Source of the DNA: Apus apus
Taxonomy: Eukaryota
DNA length: 64,000 nucleotides
Assembly: GCF_020740795.1 (NCBI RefSeq)
Contig: NC_067282.1
Coordinates: forward strand, 17,961,172-18,025,171
Reading direction: 5' to 3'
Shown here: positions 24,669-39,130 of the stretch, in pieces
How the letters are laid out: each line of letters starts with the position of its first letter
Position numbering within the stretch: position 1 is the first letter of the stretch
The notes under the pieces: generated by a model
Seen by the model: the letters and a program-made list of their open reading frames with translations, nothing else
What the model was told of the DNA's origin: nothing
The model's database searches: none
Position numbers and translations under genes: made by a program

Positions 24669-25563
24669 GTAAATTATTAATTTCCAAAGGTCTACATTAA
24701 ATTAAAATACTATCTTGCAATATGTCTTAGTGTAATTTTTTTCCTCTTCTCCTTCCTCCCTCCCTGCCTCTCCTGTACATAGTAAAATAGTCCTTATATG
24801 TTCTGCAATTTACAATTAATGCTTTTGGGGAAACATTGTACACATTGTTTGGTAAAGTAGACTTCTGTTTATGTAAGAGCAAATCATACAAATGCAAATG
24901 GTAGAAGTAAAAAAGACTCTGCAGTTCTTCTCAACCTCAAATAGTGGAGTGCTTAGAGTAACCAGCAGTTGAAACACCTGGCTGTAAATTTCATGTTTTC
25001 CAACATAAGGTGGTAATTGTTAACTGGTAATTCTTTTTCAGTATACAGATTTTGATGTCTAGCCTAGTTCTTTCTTTACTTAAGTAAATCAGCTTTCTCT
25101 CTGCAACCAACATTTCCTTTGAGTGGATAGATTTATTTTTTTTTTAAAGACAACTAACTGAATAGAAAACATTCTAGAAATAAAAATGTAAGATAATAAT
25201 ACATTGCTAAATCATTAAAATTATTTTCTAGCCCCTCACATTGACGATATTACTCACTTTTGAAAAGTGTTAAAACTGATGAAAAAGTATGGAGTAGCTC
25301 TCAACTTCATAGAAATTACATCTCGGTACAAGCTAAACTCCTCCTAGCCTCACAGACCAGAAGCCAGTGTGGGGTGAAAACTTCAGGTGGCTACTGAAAC
25401 AAGTTTTTTCATGTCTTTGTGTCTTGGTTTTGGCAGTAGCACTTGTAGTACCTGTGAGGAAGATAGGCACAGTTGAACATTATGCAGGCTGTCATACTTG
25501 CAATGTGAAATACGTACAAATACTGAATTCAGTCTTTCTGTTTTTTTATTTCCTTCCATATAG

Positions 25564-25753
25564 GTGCTAGAACTTTTATTAAGAATAAAGAAACTGGAAT
25601 GTGGTGCCGTGGAACTATCACTGAACTAATTCCCCTAAATAGTAAAAATGAGAGGAAGCTTTGTGGTCCAGTAAGATACAAAGTTTGTGATCTTGCACTG
25701 CTGAAAGTATTTCTGATTGATATTGGGAGCTCTGTAGCTCTGATTTTCTCGGG
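25564..25753 (+). CDS. RNF17: RNF17 coding exon 13 (Tudor 1 core)
   Basis: Acceptor tttccttccatatag|, donor tcggg|gtatgt. GARTFIKNKETGMWCRGTITELIPLNSKNERKLCGPVRYKVCDLALLKVFLIDIGSSVALIFS. Confidence 0.9.
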
Positions 25754-26201
25754 GTATGTTTACAGAGGCTTTTGTCTACAATTGTCCTTGAGAGCTGTTT
25801 CTTAGTGGAAATGCTTTTTGATTAACAAGTCCTCCATCAGGTTCACACAAGCAGATGGCTGGATAACCAAATGACACTGTATGTACATGTTTCCCAGAGG
25901 AAATGTGGTAGTGTTTGTAAGTACGCAAGTGTACAAGCCTTTACACATTACAGTGTTTAACTTAGACTTGCATTTCAAAAGAGAACATTTATTAGAAACG
26001 GTTATTAAAATTTTATTAATAAAAAATGCCTTTCATTGAGATTTTCTAGTTTTGTTTCAATGACATGACATTATGCCAGTTATTGCAATAACAACCTTTA
26101 GTTTAAGTCTGAGGATTGGTCTGGGGTTTTTCTGGTGTTTGGTTGGTGGGTTTTTTTGCTTTTCATTAAGTCAGTAATGCATTTATTCCTATTGACAATA
26201 G

Positions 26202-26367
26202 ATATGTTCCTGCTGAAAAGCCTGAACCTTATCCTCTGCAAACTATTGAAAATGATGACATTAGTTTGTTTGTAAGGAAGCCTGATCAGCATATTGAGGC
26301 AGAACTTGCAACTGTTCCTCCTTTAGCAGTACGGTGTTCATTGAAGGATGTTGTTCCCAAAAATGCA
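26202..26367 (+). CDS. RNF17: RNF17 coding exon 14
   Basis: Acceptor ttcctattgacaatag|, donor tgca|gtaagt. (G)YVPAEKPEPYPLQTIENDDISLFVRKPDQHIEAELATVPPLAVRCSLKDVVPKNA. Confidence 0.9.
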
Positions 26368-27393
26368 GTAAGTAAAATCCATTTGTACTATTCCATAAGA
26401 TTTGTTTTTATTTCTAAGATTATAATAGTAGAGAACTTAAACACATAATTTGTAATTATCTTATTTCAGCATAAACAAAAGGAAGTTCAAGAGGAATACA
26501 TGGGATTATAATTTTTTTTAAGTTAAATGATCTATTCTCAAGAGGGTTGCATTGCTTTCATGGGAAACCTTTACTCCCTTAGAATAAGGACATGTATTGC
26601 AGCATTATTTTCATCAATATTCACTTCTTATTAGGCTTGCTATGTTTTTGCAACATTAAATGGGAATGAACTGTACCCAGTGCAGCTGTGCATTTCTGAC
26701 AGTATAAATGCTGGTTGGTTTTGGATTTCTGTATCAGTCTGATCTTCTCTGAAATAGCTTTAAATAGGAAAGATCTGCAACAGCTTTCATGAGTGTGGGT
26801 AAAATGCCTTCCTTGCATGTTCTTTCATTTTTTTCATGCCTAAAAATCACAGATTTGCGGTATGAATGAGAAACACATAAACTTGACCAAAAAGAATTAA
26901 TTCAAATAGGCTTTTTCGAAGTAGATAAAACATCAAGAAAGATATTGTGGAGAGGAAGAATGTGTAAATTGCCCAAAACTTTGTATAAACACACAAAAAT
27001 ATAAGTATAAATTTTGAAACTAATTGGGAGAGCAAAAATGTAAGTCATGAGATGAAACAGCGTATGATAGTTCTGGTTTGTATATCACAAGAATCAGCAG
27101 GAATGAAATCTTGAATCTAAAAGAAACGTGGTGGAAACTGCAGCCCTGTGTTCTGAATCACTTTTACACAGTTAAAACCACTTACAAATCTGTCCTAGAA
27201 AAATACTCTGTAGTGCTGTCCTGGCTAAAGATTAGACAGTGTAACAGCGTATTCAGTATTTAATCTGTTTAGATGCATCCGTGCTCCCTTTCTTGCTTCT
27301 ATTTTATTTTATATTCTTTTTAATTACTGTTTGTTTTTTTTGTTTTAACAATCTCTGACATCTTCAGTAATTTTTTCTTTCTTCCTAACACAG

Positions 27394-27584
27394 AGCAAAG
27401 GTTGGGAAGAGGAAGCAAAGACAAAATTTTTGGAAATGGTAAATAATAAGGTTGCTTTAATGGTCGTATTTAGAGAAGAAGATGGTGTTCTCATTGTGGA
27501 TTTGAAAAAACCTCCATTTAATAAAATAAGTAGTAACATGCCAGTGTCTCTCACGGATGCATTAGTTTTCTTAGACTTGGCAAG
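27394..27584 (+). CDS. RNF17: RNF17 coding exon 15
   Basis: Acceptor ttcttcctaacacag|, donor gcaag|gtatgt. [63 protein letters not shown]. Confidence 0.9.
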
Positions 27585-28632
27585 GTATGTGTTTTCCTTT
27601 GTTCAATGCTCTTGTGACATTGTAAGCATTATGCTGTTATCATTTAAGTGAAGTTTACCAAGCAAATTGTTTTTGCAGTGTTTGATGTGTTATGGTGTGA
27701 TGCATTAAATCTTAGGCAATATCTCCTGATTTTTTCACCTTCACTAATAAGCACTGTGCCATACTCATTTGCACTAGTCAGGGCTTTATTTGATCATGAA
27801 CTTTATTTTAGAAAATAACAAAATTTAAATTTCTGTACAAATTTGAATAACAAGGGGGTGAAAGGAGTAGCTCTTAGTGTCTACCAGGGAGAGAAAGCCA
27901 TACAGAAATCAGCCTTTTATTTGTTTGCTTTGGCTGGTAGGCGGTGACAGGCTGGCCAGCACATCTCAACCAGCCACAGAACAGTGATGCAAATAGCACA
28001 ATACATAGGAGAAACAACAGTCGGGCTTAAGGGGGAGCTTGATGTTTGCATTAGGGCAGAGGAGAGCTGCTTTGGAGAGAGCAGTGGAAGAGGCATTTTG
28101 GTGTCTGGGTACAGGGTTATGTCATGCAAATCTCTAGGAAATCATAGTTCATTTTGCTGCACAGAGAAAGGTCTGTGTTTATATTTGAGCATAACTAGTT
28201 ACCGTGGTGAAGACAGTGGGAGATAATTTTTTACTGCATCGTTCTTCAGGTAATTGCTTTTTCTCATAAGAGAGGAAAAGGAGATGTAAAAGAAAACTGT
28301 TAATGTGTGGTAGTTTCTAGCCTTTCATTTAATATTTTTTTTAACAATTAAAATTTATGTTATTGCATGCCAAATAATGGTATCTTTTTAGGGACCAGAT
28401 GCAATATATCATTCTTCATGTGTTACATTTGTGACAAGAGAAGCATTAGAGAGAATTGGCTGCACCAACTACAAAAAGGAAAGTTCAGGCTATTCCTGCA
28501 AACATAAATAAAGCTATTTTTATGAGACCATTTTGCATTTTTCATGAGGAAACTTGATATTTTAATATAAAAGGGTTTCTTCTCACTTAATTTTGACAAA
28601 ACTTATTCAGAATTTCATTTTGTTTACCTTAG

Positions 28633-28750
28633 GTTTAGATTACAGATTCCCGGTATGCAGTATAGTCCACCCAGGATACCACAAGAAGCAGAAGAAGTCT
28701 TTGTTGTAGTTTGTCACATTAATAGTCCAAGTGATTTCTACCTCCAGTTG
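28633..28750 (+). CDS. RNF17: RNF17 coding exon 16 (start of Tudor 2)
   Basis: Acceptor ttttgtttaccttag|, donor cagttg|gtaagt. (R)[39 protein letters not shown]. Confidence 0.9.
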
Positions 28751-29214
28751 GTAAGTTAAGAAATAACATCTATTTAAATAAAAATCTGCAGTAACATTTT
28801 CCTGTTCAGTTACTTGTAGTCCACAGTAAGTAAGCTACAATTTCTGTTAACTTCTGTCACTTGTTTTAGGATTCCTAGACTTAATAGATGAGATAAATTC
28901 CTACAGTCCTAGATTAATCCTAGATTAATTCCAGGAATTCTTGGAATTCCAGAAAGTTAACGGTTTTTGTCAGTTTTGTTACGTGGTTTATTCCTGTGTG
29001 GGTTTGTAGTGTTTTACTGTTTAGAGTGGTGATTGAACAGGGCAATACTCATCGATTCTTAGCTCTTTAATTCACTTTGTGTTCCTAACCACTGTTTAAT
29101 TTGGAGGGGGAAGGTCAGAAGTACATTGCTAGAAAAATGTCCTTTGAAAGAGCCGATATACTTTTTAAAAAAGAACCCCTAGTATGTATGTATGTTTTGT
29201 TTTCCTTATTTTAG

Positions 29215-29368
29215 AGAGAGAGCCTGGATTCTTTAGATCTGCCAAAGAAAATTCAGGAGGTATATAAAAATGAGTATGGGAAAAACCTGGAAATTGTCTG
29301 CCCCGTAGAAGGCCAAGCCTGTATTGCAAAACAGGAAGATGGGAATTGGTACAGAGCTCAGATTATAG
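29215..29368 (+). CDS. RNF17: RNF17 coding exon 17 (Tudor 2 core)
   Basis: Acceptor ttttccttattttag|, donor atag|gtgagg. [51 protein letters not shown]. Confidence 0.9.
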
Positions 29369-30029
29369 GTGAGGTATTGATTGTTCCACTCCAAAGCTAG
29401 GTTGCATAATCGGAGGTGGTGCTAGGTCAGCGTCATGCAGTGAATGTGAATAGTAACAAACAGCTAATATTTTTAGTAGGCATTGCTAATGTTATAGTCT
29501 TTGGCTATTAATTGAGTGGTTTTTGTTTGTTTGGGTTTTTTTAAATAAAGATAAACTGTATACTTAATGTTATATATATTATTGAAATTCTATTATATAA
29601 TTTTCACTTAATGTTTCAATATTACAGTTTGAACTATAGATTTGTCTGTTATAGCCAGCCTCCAAGTGTAACTCTTGTGGGTCAATAACCGCCCATCTGA
29701 AGGGGATGGAGCTGACCTCTGTGTTGCCTGTATGGACAGTGTAGCATGCCTGTATACTGACATGTCTACTTGGCATATATTTAATGTGCCAGTGTCTCAT
29801 AAAGTGATTAGATGGAAAGGGACCAAAATGCTAACTGTAATTTCAGGAACTTGGAATAGAAGGATCTTAAAAGAACACGGTTTTTGAGTTGGGTTATGGA
29901 ACATTTGAAAATGTGGTATTTTATGATTATATGGTGTAAATGTGTTTTGCTCTGAAATGTTGGTACTTCAGATAATCTACATCAGATAATCATTTTTTGT
30001 TTTAATAACTTGGGTTATTTTTCTTGAAG

Positions 30030-30145
30030 GGCTGCCAAGTCATCAAGAAGTTATGGTAAAATATGTTGACTTTGGAAATGTTGCTAACTTAACTCTTAAA
30101 GACATACGCAGAATAAAAAAGGAGTTTCTCAGCTTTCCAGAACAG
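30030..30145 (+). CDS. RNF17: RNF17 coding exon 18 (Tudor 2, second half)
   Basis: Acceptor ttatttttcttgaag|, donor aacag|gtaaat. (G)[38 protein letters not shown]. Confidence 0.9.
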
Positions 30146-32436
30146 GTAAATTAGTGCTTGCCTGGATTAAATTAATGGAATCTCAATGAATGAAAGGGGA
30201 AAGAGAGGATTGTTAATGTGCTGAAGTAAATAAAATGTTAAGCAAGTTCCTTTCACATGGGTTTGTGATATGACGTTTGGGTGCACATCGAAAACTCTGT
30301 ATTTATTTTTTTTTATCATTCCGTTATAAATTAAATCTAATATTACCTTGCAGTGAGGAGGTGGACATGCATTGTGTGTGTTTAATTCAGATACCTTCTT
30401 TCACACCATAGTAAGCTAAATTAATTTTTACATTCCTTCATTTTCAAATGATGATCTAATAACTGTCTTTTTTAAAAATTCTATTTTTGTTTGGCTTGTG
30501 GCATTTGAAGTTTGGTGTTTTCCTAACTTTGGGTATTGTAGGATTTTTTCCCTTCTGACAAGGAGAAAAACTGACTGGGAAAGGCAATGGCAAGGTATTT
30601 TTGTCGAATAAAAAAAATGCACATCAGTAAAAAATAATTATTTTTCTTCAGCTCTTCATTCAGTAGTTCCAGTTGCCAACCATAATGATACTAGAAGTTT
30701 TCTTATGTTGATAGGGTTTTTTTTAGCTAGTTGTAGGCACCAGAAATAGTGATTATTTTAGCTACAGCCAGCATCTTTTCCTGGAAATAGGATTTAATTG
30801 GTTATATTTTTAGCAAGTGTTTCTGGGAAAAGTTTCAGCCAGAAAATTGAGCCTGTTTTGACAGCAATGGAGGGGAACCATTCTAAAATGGCAACATGCT
30901 ATTGCTGTTGCAGTGTCTTAATCAGATCAGAGTGGCTACGGGTGAATAAGTGTGTAGGGATTTTTGAGGTGTGTTACCCCATTGTTGCAATTGATTGCTT
31001 GTTACTGACAAAATACAAATCCTCTGAAAAATCCATTAGGAGTTTGTCAGCTCTTGAGCACATACCACTAGGTTTCCTCACTTGGATCACAAAGCAGAAG
31101 GGGCTAAAGAGATATGGATACAGATGGGTATATGACCACTAAAGAATGGTCTAAAAAAGATTGACCCTGTCAGTTATTCTCCAATTTCAGCATTCTTATG
31201 CTGTATAAAGGTGATGGTGAAACACTGGCAAGATGTTTACACTTGAAGTTTAGGTCAGAAATAACAACTTTCTGTGGCTATTAGTTTTAATGCAAGCAAT
31301 AGGTCAGGAGGCTGTTTCTGTGGTGCTACAGTTTCAAGCCTTTTCCATTTAAAAGAAATTCTAAGGATTAAAAGTTCTTTGAAATATGAATTAACACAAG
31401 ATTGTAAAACCAAGTGTTTGGAAGCTAAGAGTATTGGAGTGCAGTTGATTGTGCAGATCTATCCTGTTGCATGTAAGCACTGGTAAGTCTTCACTCACGA
31501 TCACCACATACTGCACTGCCTCAAATGTAAGTTGGTTGTTTAAGAGATTTGACTTAGGCTGTTACAAGGAACATTGGACTTTTTTCAGCCTGTTAATACA
31601 GTTTGCAGGCATTTTAATAGACTTGGGTGCTACAGAAGTGTTGGCTAAGACTAGAATGAGCAGTAATTATTGTTGGTTTTGTCATCTGCAGCCCTTTATT
31701 TTAATGGTTATTTAACCAGTCAGTCATATTTTCATATTCCTGACTGCCTGTATCCTAAGAATATCTGCATGAACTATTTTTATTTCTGTTGTCTTTATTT
31801 CCTTTCTCTACCTTTCCCCCACCTGTGTTACTTGTCTTTCTTTGGTGTGATAAACAAGAAGGAGGAAGCAATAACATTCACAGTTAATTTAAAATTGAGC
31901 CATAGCAGTCACCAAAGTTTGCAGTAAAGATGCTAAACAAAAATTGTTTTCATCAAAGTACTTTATTTAATCTGATTTCCTGTGTGTCGCCTAATTAATA
32001 TCTTTCAAAAATCTGGGAGGAATTTTCTGACACAGGCGCTGTGGTACTCTAATATCTCTGTGTTTAGTCCTTCAAACTGCTACAATGGTGAAGTCATGTT
32101 AATATAAGAGACTTTGAATCTGGGTTACTACATCATGATAAGCAAGCTTTATTACCTCTCTGCAGTAACCTTTCCTGATCTCTGCAGCCACTTCTGTGCC
32201 TAACCCTAAAGGGAGGCAAAGAGAAGCTCCTGCTTCAGCAAGGATGTATCTGTTTGAGCTTCATGCTCAGCTACCAGTGGGGAGGGGGGGACATCTTAAA
32301 TAAAATCAAACAGTGATAATGTGGAACCAGAAGCTGTCTTGCTGTCCTGCAAGAGTGCAAAACAAAGGCTAGAATGTGGCTATAATGAGAAGGGCTTGAC
32401 AGGTGTCGTAGTATTGTCATTTGAGTTTTTCTTTAG

Positions 32437-32557
32437 GCCATCAGGTGCAAGCTGGCTCGCATCAGACCTTATAAGGAGGCAAATGAGTGGAGCAGAAAAG
32501 CCAAGGCAAGATTTGAAGAAATGACTGAAGATAAATTTATGCTGTGTTCAGTTGTTG
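32437..32557 (+). CDS. RNF17: RNF17 coding exon 19
   Basis: Acceptor gagtttttctttag|, donor gttg|gtaagt. AIRCKLARIRPYKEANEWSRKAKARFEEMTEDKFMLCSVV. Confidence 0.9.
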
Positions 32558-33281
32558 GTAAGTTATCAAGAGTGTATTACTTTATATTTAAATATTACTA
32601 AATAAACTAAAACGTAGAAACATGCACTTTTGTATTTTAAATAGTATTTATTTGAAATGCATATGTTCATACTTTTGACTGGAGTAAGAATATCTAAACA
32701 TGAACTAATTGGAGGAGATACAATAGATAACAGACAGAAACTCTGTTTATGTCTTCTCTTACACCAGCCCTAGATAATGTAAACATCCTGGTTTATTAAG
32801 ATGGGCTTGTTTCCAAAAGCACTAGCTGTCCTTGACTCTTCCTAACTTCATTGGTAGCTGGGAGGGTGATTGTTGCTTCTGTAAAACATTGCAAAAACTA
32901 CAAAAAGAAATCAGATAACACATACATGAGTTGTAGGATTTTTCTCAATACCATTTATTATTAGTGTGTAGCTAGTTAGTTATTTTTCTACACCTGTGGA
33001 ATGCTGATTTGGAACCCATCTAATAAATGAAATTACATGTAGCAGTTGGGTTCTTTGTACAAAAATATTTTGTAATAGTTTATGCATTATATGTTAATCT
33101 ATAGATATGTGCAATGCTGGGCCTCTACGTATTGCTGAGGTTAGACAACATTATTTTATAAATCAAATGTAATTTTACAGAATTCTGTCCCTTGCTACCA
33201 TTTGCCATGTCTGCAAAACTGCAAATAGCCTTTATATTGTCATTGATGGGCACTAATTATGTTTATATTATTTATTCACAG

Positions 33282-33396
33282 AAATTTTAGATAATAACAT
33301 TGTATCTGTTGAACTCTTTGACTCTGCTGTTCATGGAGGAAGCCGTAGTATTAATTGCCAACTAGTTAAAGAAGACCTAGCATCCTACACACATGG
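33282..33396 (+). CDS. RNF17: RNF17 coding exon 20
   Basis: Acceptor ttatttattcacag|, donor catgg|gtaaat. (E)ILDNNIVSVELFDSAVHGGSRSINCQLVKEDLASYTH. Confidence 0.9.
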
Positions 33397-35883
33397 GTAA
33401 ATACACTGTGAATAACTTAAAAGTATTTAGAAATACTTGAATTTGTATAATAAAATTACTGGCTTTAGTATGTCTCCAGTGGCTGGAATTTACCACATTT
33501 GTGATAAATTCATTACAAATCAGATTAATCAAGTCAGTTACAGAGTGTAACTCTGCAGTTTGGCATAGTTGAATTCTCAAGCTAAATCTTAACTAACGCA
33601 AATTACTGAAATTGATTCAAAGGTTGGAGATGAAATTTTGCATCTTGCTTGTAATGTGCTTGAGTGCCAAATCTTCCCAAACTGGTTATCATGAAGGTTC
33701 TCATTCCCTTCTAGTAAGAAAAGAAATAAACACTGTATGTTTAACTTGCACCTAAGGTAAGTCATGTCTTTGGAAGGTCTGTTCCTAGAAAATAAATAAA
33801 TAAGTAGCTGTGACAGAAGAATTGGGAAGCCTGCAGTGTGAGCAGAGGCTGCTGAGATGACACTGCTGCATTTAATTTGTTAGCTTTTAAGAAAGGTCAT
33901 CATGGGCTTTATTAATGGAAAACAATGATTATTCTTTCATGAATTATTTTTGAATACTAATTAAAATATTGTTAAATAGAAGGTGTTGATTCCAAAAGGG
34001 AATTTCTGAATTGGCTTTTTCAGGAGAAGGCAAATAAGTGGATTTTCATTTCTTTGCTCAGAAATACAGCAAAACCCTAGTAACACTTCTCTGGTACCAG
34101 CCACAATTTTTAATAGGATTTTTGTATAGTTAAGGAGCTTTATTTAAACCTATTTAAAGCTGAATTATTTTGTCACTGTCAGTAGGGCATTTTGTTGGGT
34201 TGCAGATACACTTAGATGCCTGCTTATGACCTGCAAACAAGTGGATACTTTACATTGATATAAGTTGCTGTGTAACTGTACTAAGATGGATTTTTCAGTT
34301 GCTCACTTACTCCACCTTCTTTACTTGGACTGGGAAGAAAACAGAGGAAATACAAGCAAGAAAACTCATGGGTCAAAATAAAGACAATTAAATCACTTAC
34401 TAAGTACTGTTGTGGGCAAAACAGACTGCATTTAAATTGCTTCATTACTAGTTAGCATAAATATTTAATTACTGATTCAGGTATTTGGACACAAAAGACT
34501 AACATTAATAGTTCCTATCCTCCCTGTTTTCAAAGTTCAACTTCACTCCAGGCACCTCTCCTCCTCTTTCCACCCTCCAGTTACACTTGGTCCCTTCAGT
34601 GAGGCAGAGAGGAACGCAGCTGGTTGGGATGAGGACGCAGCAATACTCGATGCTGCTTCTTCCTGTATTACTTCCTGTGTTCCAGCATGGTCCCTCTGCA
34701 GGCCTCAGGACCTTCAGGAGTGTGCCTCTTCCTCCATAAAATACCATCTGCTCCAAAATAACTGCCATTTCTCTTCAGTTCCCTCCTCTTCCTGGTGTGT
34801 TCTGCTCTTCATTAAATTAGGGGTGCCACTGGCTTCAGTGAAGGGCTCACCCATGTCTTGTGGAGGGTCTTCTGCAGAGGTGGCTGAAACAGGCTGTGTC
34901 TGCCACAGGTCAGCACCTGGAGCCTCTTGTCTCAGAGGTCACTCCTGCAGCCCCTCTGCCCAGCTACCAAAAACTTGCCATTCATACCCAGTGCACTGTG
35001 TCTTTCAGTTGGAATGATGATGTTTCCATTTTGAGGGGGACCAAGGGGCTTGTTTTGTGGGGGGTCTTAAGGAGTTTTGGCTTGCTTTGTTTTCCAGTGC
35101 ACATACCTCTTTAACCCTCCGGAACTCTTTGGTCAAAATTTCTTTTTCTCACTGAATTTCTTATTTGAGAAGATGACTGTCTGCAAAAAGGCAAGAGATT
35201 GGTGAATAATTTAAAACTTTCTTCGGGTCATTTAGAATCACATTTGGGTTATGATTATTTTTTCATTTTTAATGCTGTTCAGGGCTACCCGGGCCAGCTC
35301 TAAACTGCAGTCTAAGACAGTGTAAGCAGGAGAGCACAGCACTCCACTGAAGGTGACTTTTTGACAAGCAAACATCAGAGTACTCTTGCATTGGGATAGG
35401 AAGTAGTCCATACTTGCTTGGAAGAAACCTTTAGTCTGAAGTTCCTTCTAAATCAGTTGTTTTTTCTGATGGATCTGCAGTGATAATGCTATCCTGGAGT
35501 TACTAGAGAGGGGGTGGGAAGAAGTGTAACATGTCCCTCCCTGGCAGATTGGCTCTGTCCATTTCATAGTCCAGACTAGTTGTATGCAGGGTAGGCATGT
35601 TTATAAGCTATTGCGTTCGTTTCTTTCTTGGTTCTACAAGTTAGCTGTTCTACCCAGCAGTTTCCAAATACCTGCATCAGGAAAGCTTGCAAAATAATTG
35701 TGTATCAGTAGGTAGTGGATGATTCAACACTTGACAGGATTTTCTCTGACAGAACATTTTGTGTCCTTGTCAGGAAGGAGAAGATAGGTGATAGATCTCT
35801 GAAAATAGAAAAGAGTTTCTTCATGGAGGCCCAGAAATGGTCAGCTGTTAAACTCACACTTGCTGTCTGCTTCAGTCAGCAAT

Positions 35884-36250
35884 CACAGAGTAATAGGTAG
35901 TTTGGGTTGAAAGGAACCTTTAAAGGTCATCTAGTCCAACCCTCCTGCAATGACCCAGGCCATCTTCAACTGTATCAGGTTGCTCAGAGCCCCATCTAAC
36001 CTGGCCATAAATGTTTCCAGGGATGAGGTATCAACCACCTCTGTGGGCAGCCTGTCCCAGTGTTTCACCACCATCACTGTAAAAAAGTTTTCCTTATATT
36101 TTGTCTGAATCTACCTTCTTTTAGTTTAAAACTATTACTCCTTGTCCTGTCACAACAGACCCTGGCAAATAGTTTGTCCCCATCTTTCTTTAAATGTTGC
36201 AAGTGTTGTTTACAAGAATCCAGTTCTTTTACATTGACACGATTTTTTTC
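35884..36250 (-). mobile_element. CR1 3' fragment (minus orientation)
   Basis: cacagagtaataggtagtttgggttgaaaggaacctttaaaggtcatctagtccaaccc...cagggatgaggtatcaaccacctctgtgggcagcctgtcccagtg. Confidence 0.85.
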
Positions 36251-36958
36251 CAAGCTGCAGTCTCTTAGGTCTCTAGTTGGCACAGTTCACACACACTTGT
36301 ATTAAGCTGGGCTGTGGCTCAGAATGCACACCAGCCAACTCTTGATTGTTGTTGGAGTTCATTGTATCCAGTTCACACAATTTAAACAAGTTTCATCAAG
36401 GTATTCTAGTGACTGTACTTGATTCAGTACACTACTTAAGAAAGTCCTAGCTTTAGTTGTCTTGTATTTGTTCTTTAGGCTAGGAGGGTAAATGTTTCAC
36501 TAATGTTAATATTCTTTACTTCTGAAAGAAATATTTACACATCTCAGAAGTTGAATGTTGCAGCTTTCACTCAGAGCCAACATTGATTTCCAGAAGCATG
36601 ATTTTAGTAATTTAATGGTCTTTTAAGCCAAACATGAACATTAACGTTCAGTAGTCCATTTGTGTCAGGCTTGCTTTTCTGCTGGCAGCCGATACTGTGC
36701 AGTGCTTTCATTTGTTGGTAGAACGTGCAAGGTTAACCTTCTGAAGGAGAATACAGTTAAGTTACTATCTTGAGTGTCTTGGTAGTAGCATTTAGAAATG
36801 TTTTTCGTTTGTTTGGAATTTTTTCTGCTTTTCTAAGTTATTATTTTTCAGTCTTCACATGGATTCCTGTCATGTTGAACTGTGATTATTGAGCTCTTTT
36901 TCACGTTGTTTGCCATGTGTTTAAACTTTTCATTCTGATTGCTTTATGCTCTTTACAG

Positions 36959-37180
36959 ATACATTGGAAGTGCTGTTTTAAGGCCTAATGAAATATGGGA
37001 TGCTCCTCTAGAACAAATTCCTGAAACCTCCGAAACTTCAGAACCTACAGGCGTGGAATCTGTGGATGAAGGAGATGTCAAATCACTTCATAAAAAAGAA
37101 CTAGAAGGAAGAGTTAGTCACGTTGTGTCTCCTGGTAAAATTTTTATTCAGTGGCTGTCATCAGAAAGTACACTGAAAAG
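36959..37180 (+). CDS. RNF17: RNF17 coding exon 21 (start of Tudor 3)
   Basis: Acceptor gctttatgctctttacag|, donor aaaag|gtacta. (G)YIGSAVLRPNEIWDAPLEQIPETSETSEPTGVESVDEGDVKSLHKKELEGRVSHVVSPGKIFIQWLSSESTLK. Confidence 0.9.
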
Positions 37181-37932
37181 GTACTAAAACTTTTCTTGAG
37201 TTAAGGCATTTTTATTATAAACTGATGAAGTATGGTTAGAACAAACTGATCGAGGCCTGATGAATGCAACAGTGTCCAGAAAGGTCTTTCTGTTCTTTCT
37301 TATCCCCATTCGTTCATTAGTGATCTTGGTAAATAATACGGGTATCCTAAGTCATGGAACTTCAAGTCATTTTTTTCAATGTTATTCTAACATGCTGTTA
37401 GAAAAGTTTAAAGGCAATTTCTAGCCATAGTGTGTCAGCCTTCCTTTGGTAGTTATATAGGTAACGTTTAGGTAATGGTACGTACTGTTTGAAGACAGCT
37501 AAGTGGAAATATCATTGCTTAGTGCAGGTTGCTTATTTGTGCTCTTTTCTCCTTTCATTTTTGTACCTTCTTGCATGTAGCTGCCTAGGCACCCATTGAA
37601 TTGGTCATGACACCAAAAGTACCATACTGTTATATTTTTGAGAAAAAATAGTGTAGCTTTCAAATAGTGCTATGCAGAAGGGTCAGGATTGCTCAGATTA
37701 GTTCTATTTAAGAACACATTACAGTCTTACAGAGTTTTAATCAGTGTATGTGTCTTGAAGCTTCATTTAACGTATATCTAACATGTCATGAAGAAGAGCT
37801 GCAATACCACGTGTCTGTTAAAACAGTTGATAAAACTTTACTATATGCTAATTAAGCAGTAATGGACTAAATAAACACTTTCTTCATGGGATAAAATTTT
37901 ACCAATAGAAAAGTGTTTTTTCTTAATGTTAG

Positions 37933-38083
37933 TTTACAGAAGAAGATGGCTGCCATCTACAACAAATCCCAGCCACAGTCCGTGAAGTGGGAAAGTGGAA
38001 TGCACTGTGCTGTTTATATACATGATTTGGAACAGTGGCAGAGAGGTCAAATAAGCAAGATTGTCTCTGAAAGAAGTGCAGAG
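37933..38083 (+). CDS. RNF17: RNF17 coding exon 22 (Tudor 3 core)
   Basis: Acceptor tttttcttaatgttag|, donor gcagag|gtaaac. SLQKKMAAIYNKSQPQSVKWESGMHCAVYIHDLEQWQRGQISKIVSERSAE. Confidence 0.9.
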
Positions 38084-39130
38084 GTAAACCTGTTATCGTA
38101 AGAGGGTTCATACTTAAAAATATTTGTAAGCATTCACTGTTGAAAATAATGTCAAGTCTTTGGTTCTTCTGTGTTAGTATTTATTCTTAGAGCCTTTTGC
38201 TTTTGTTGAGTTGCAGTTACGTTGTACATTGCTGCAAGATGTCCTAAAGCTCACTTGCTTTCAGCAGGGAACCTTTTGATGAAGGTTCCTGAGGGTGACT
38301 TTGTGTATGTTTACACTACACTTTTGAACATAGCACAGATTCTCAAGCTATAACCTAACAGTTCAGCTGAGATTCCAGCAGCTGTGTGTACCTGAGGGTC
38401 GTGTTAATTCAAACCTAATGATCCTTTCTAGAAGATGGAGCTGGTTGTACTGGGTGCAGTGGCACAGGAACATATGTAGTCATTCTGTTGTTTGAACCTT
38501 AAACTGGTGATGATGCCCTGTGCTATGTAGGTGTAACATTTTCCACAGTAGTTTCTCATACTGTGATGCTTTGAACGTCTGTTTTGTACTCATTTGAAAA
38601 AAGCAAAAAGGCATTTTGTGGATAGATAACTACTTACCGCAAGTGTGTCTTTTTAAAAATCATACAGATAACCCTCAACTGGTTTATCATGAGTTCTATC
38701 CACCATCAGGTTATGCCCATGGGTCTCAGTAGGAAGCAGAAGCAGGATATTCTATACTTCTGATTTGCATTGTCTGCCTTCTAAGGCTAAGAGCCCTCAA
38801 ACACCTATTTAACCATGTCAGAATAAAAAGCAAGGGGGGAGGGGAGCTATTTTGCCATTTCTGGGTTTGCAGACATAACTGAAGCAGGAGGAAATAAATG
38901 TTCTTACTCAAGTAGCAGCCTCTGTGAAGTTGTTTAGTCACTTTTGAGCACATCTGTGTGTTTTGTCCTCTTGGCACACTCTGGCGGTCATTTGCCTCCA
39001 GCCATGGAGTAGGTCAAATGCTGGTAACATTTGCTTGAATATTCAGCCATGCTTTGAATTATCATTTGTTACAGATAAAACTAAGAAGGTGGAGTTTTTC
39101 CTGCTTCATTGTGTTTCTTGTCTGTAACAG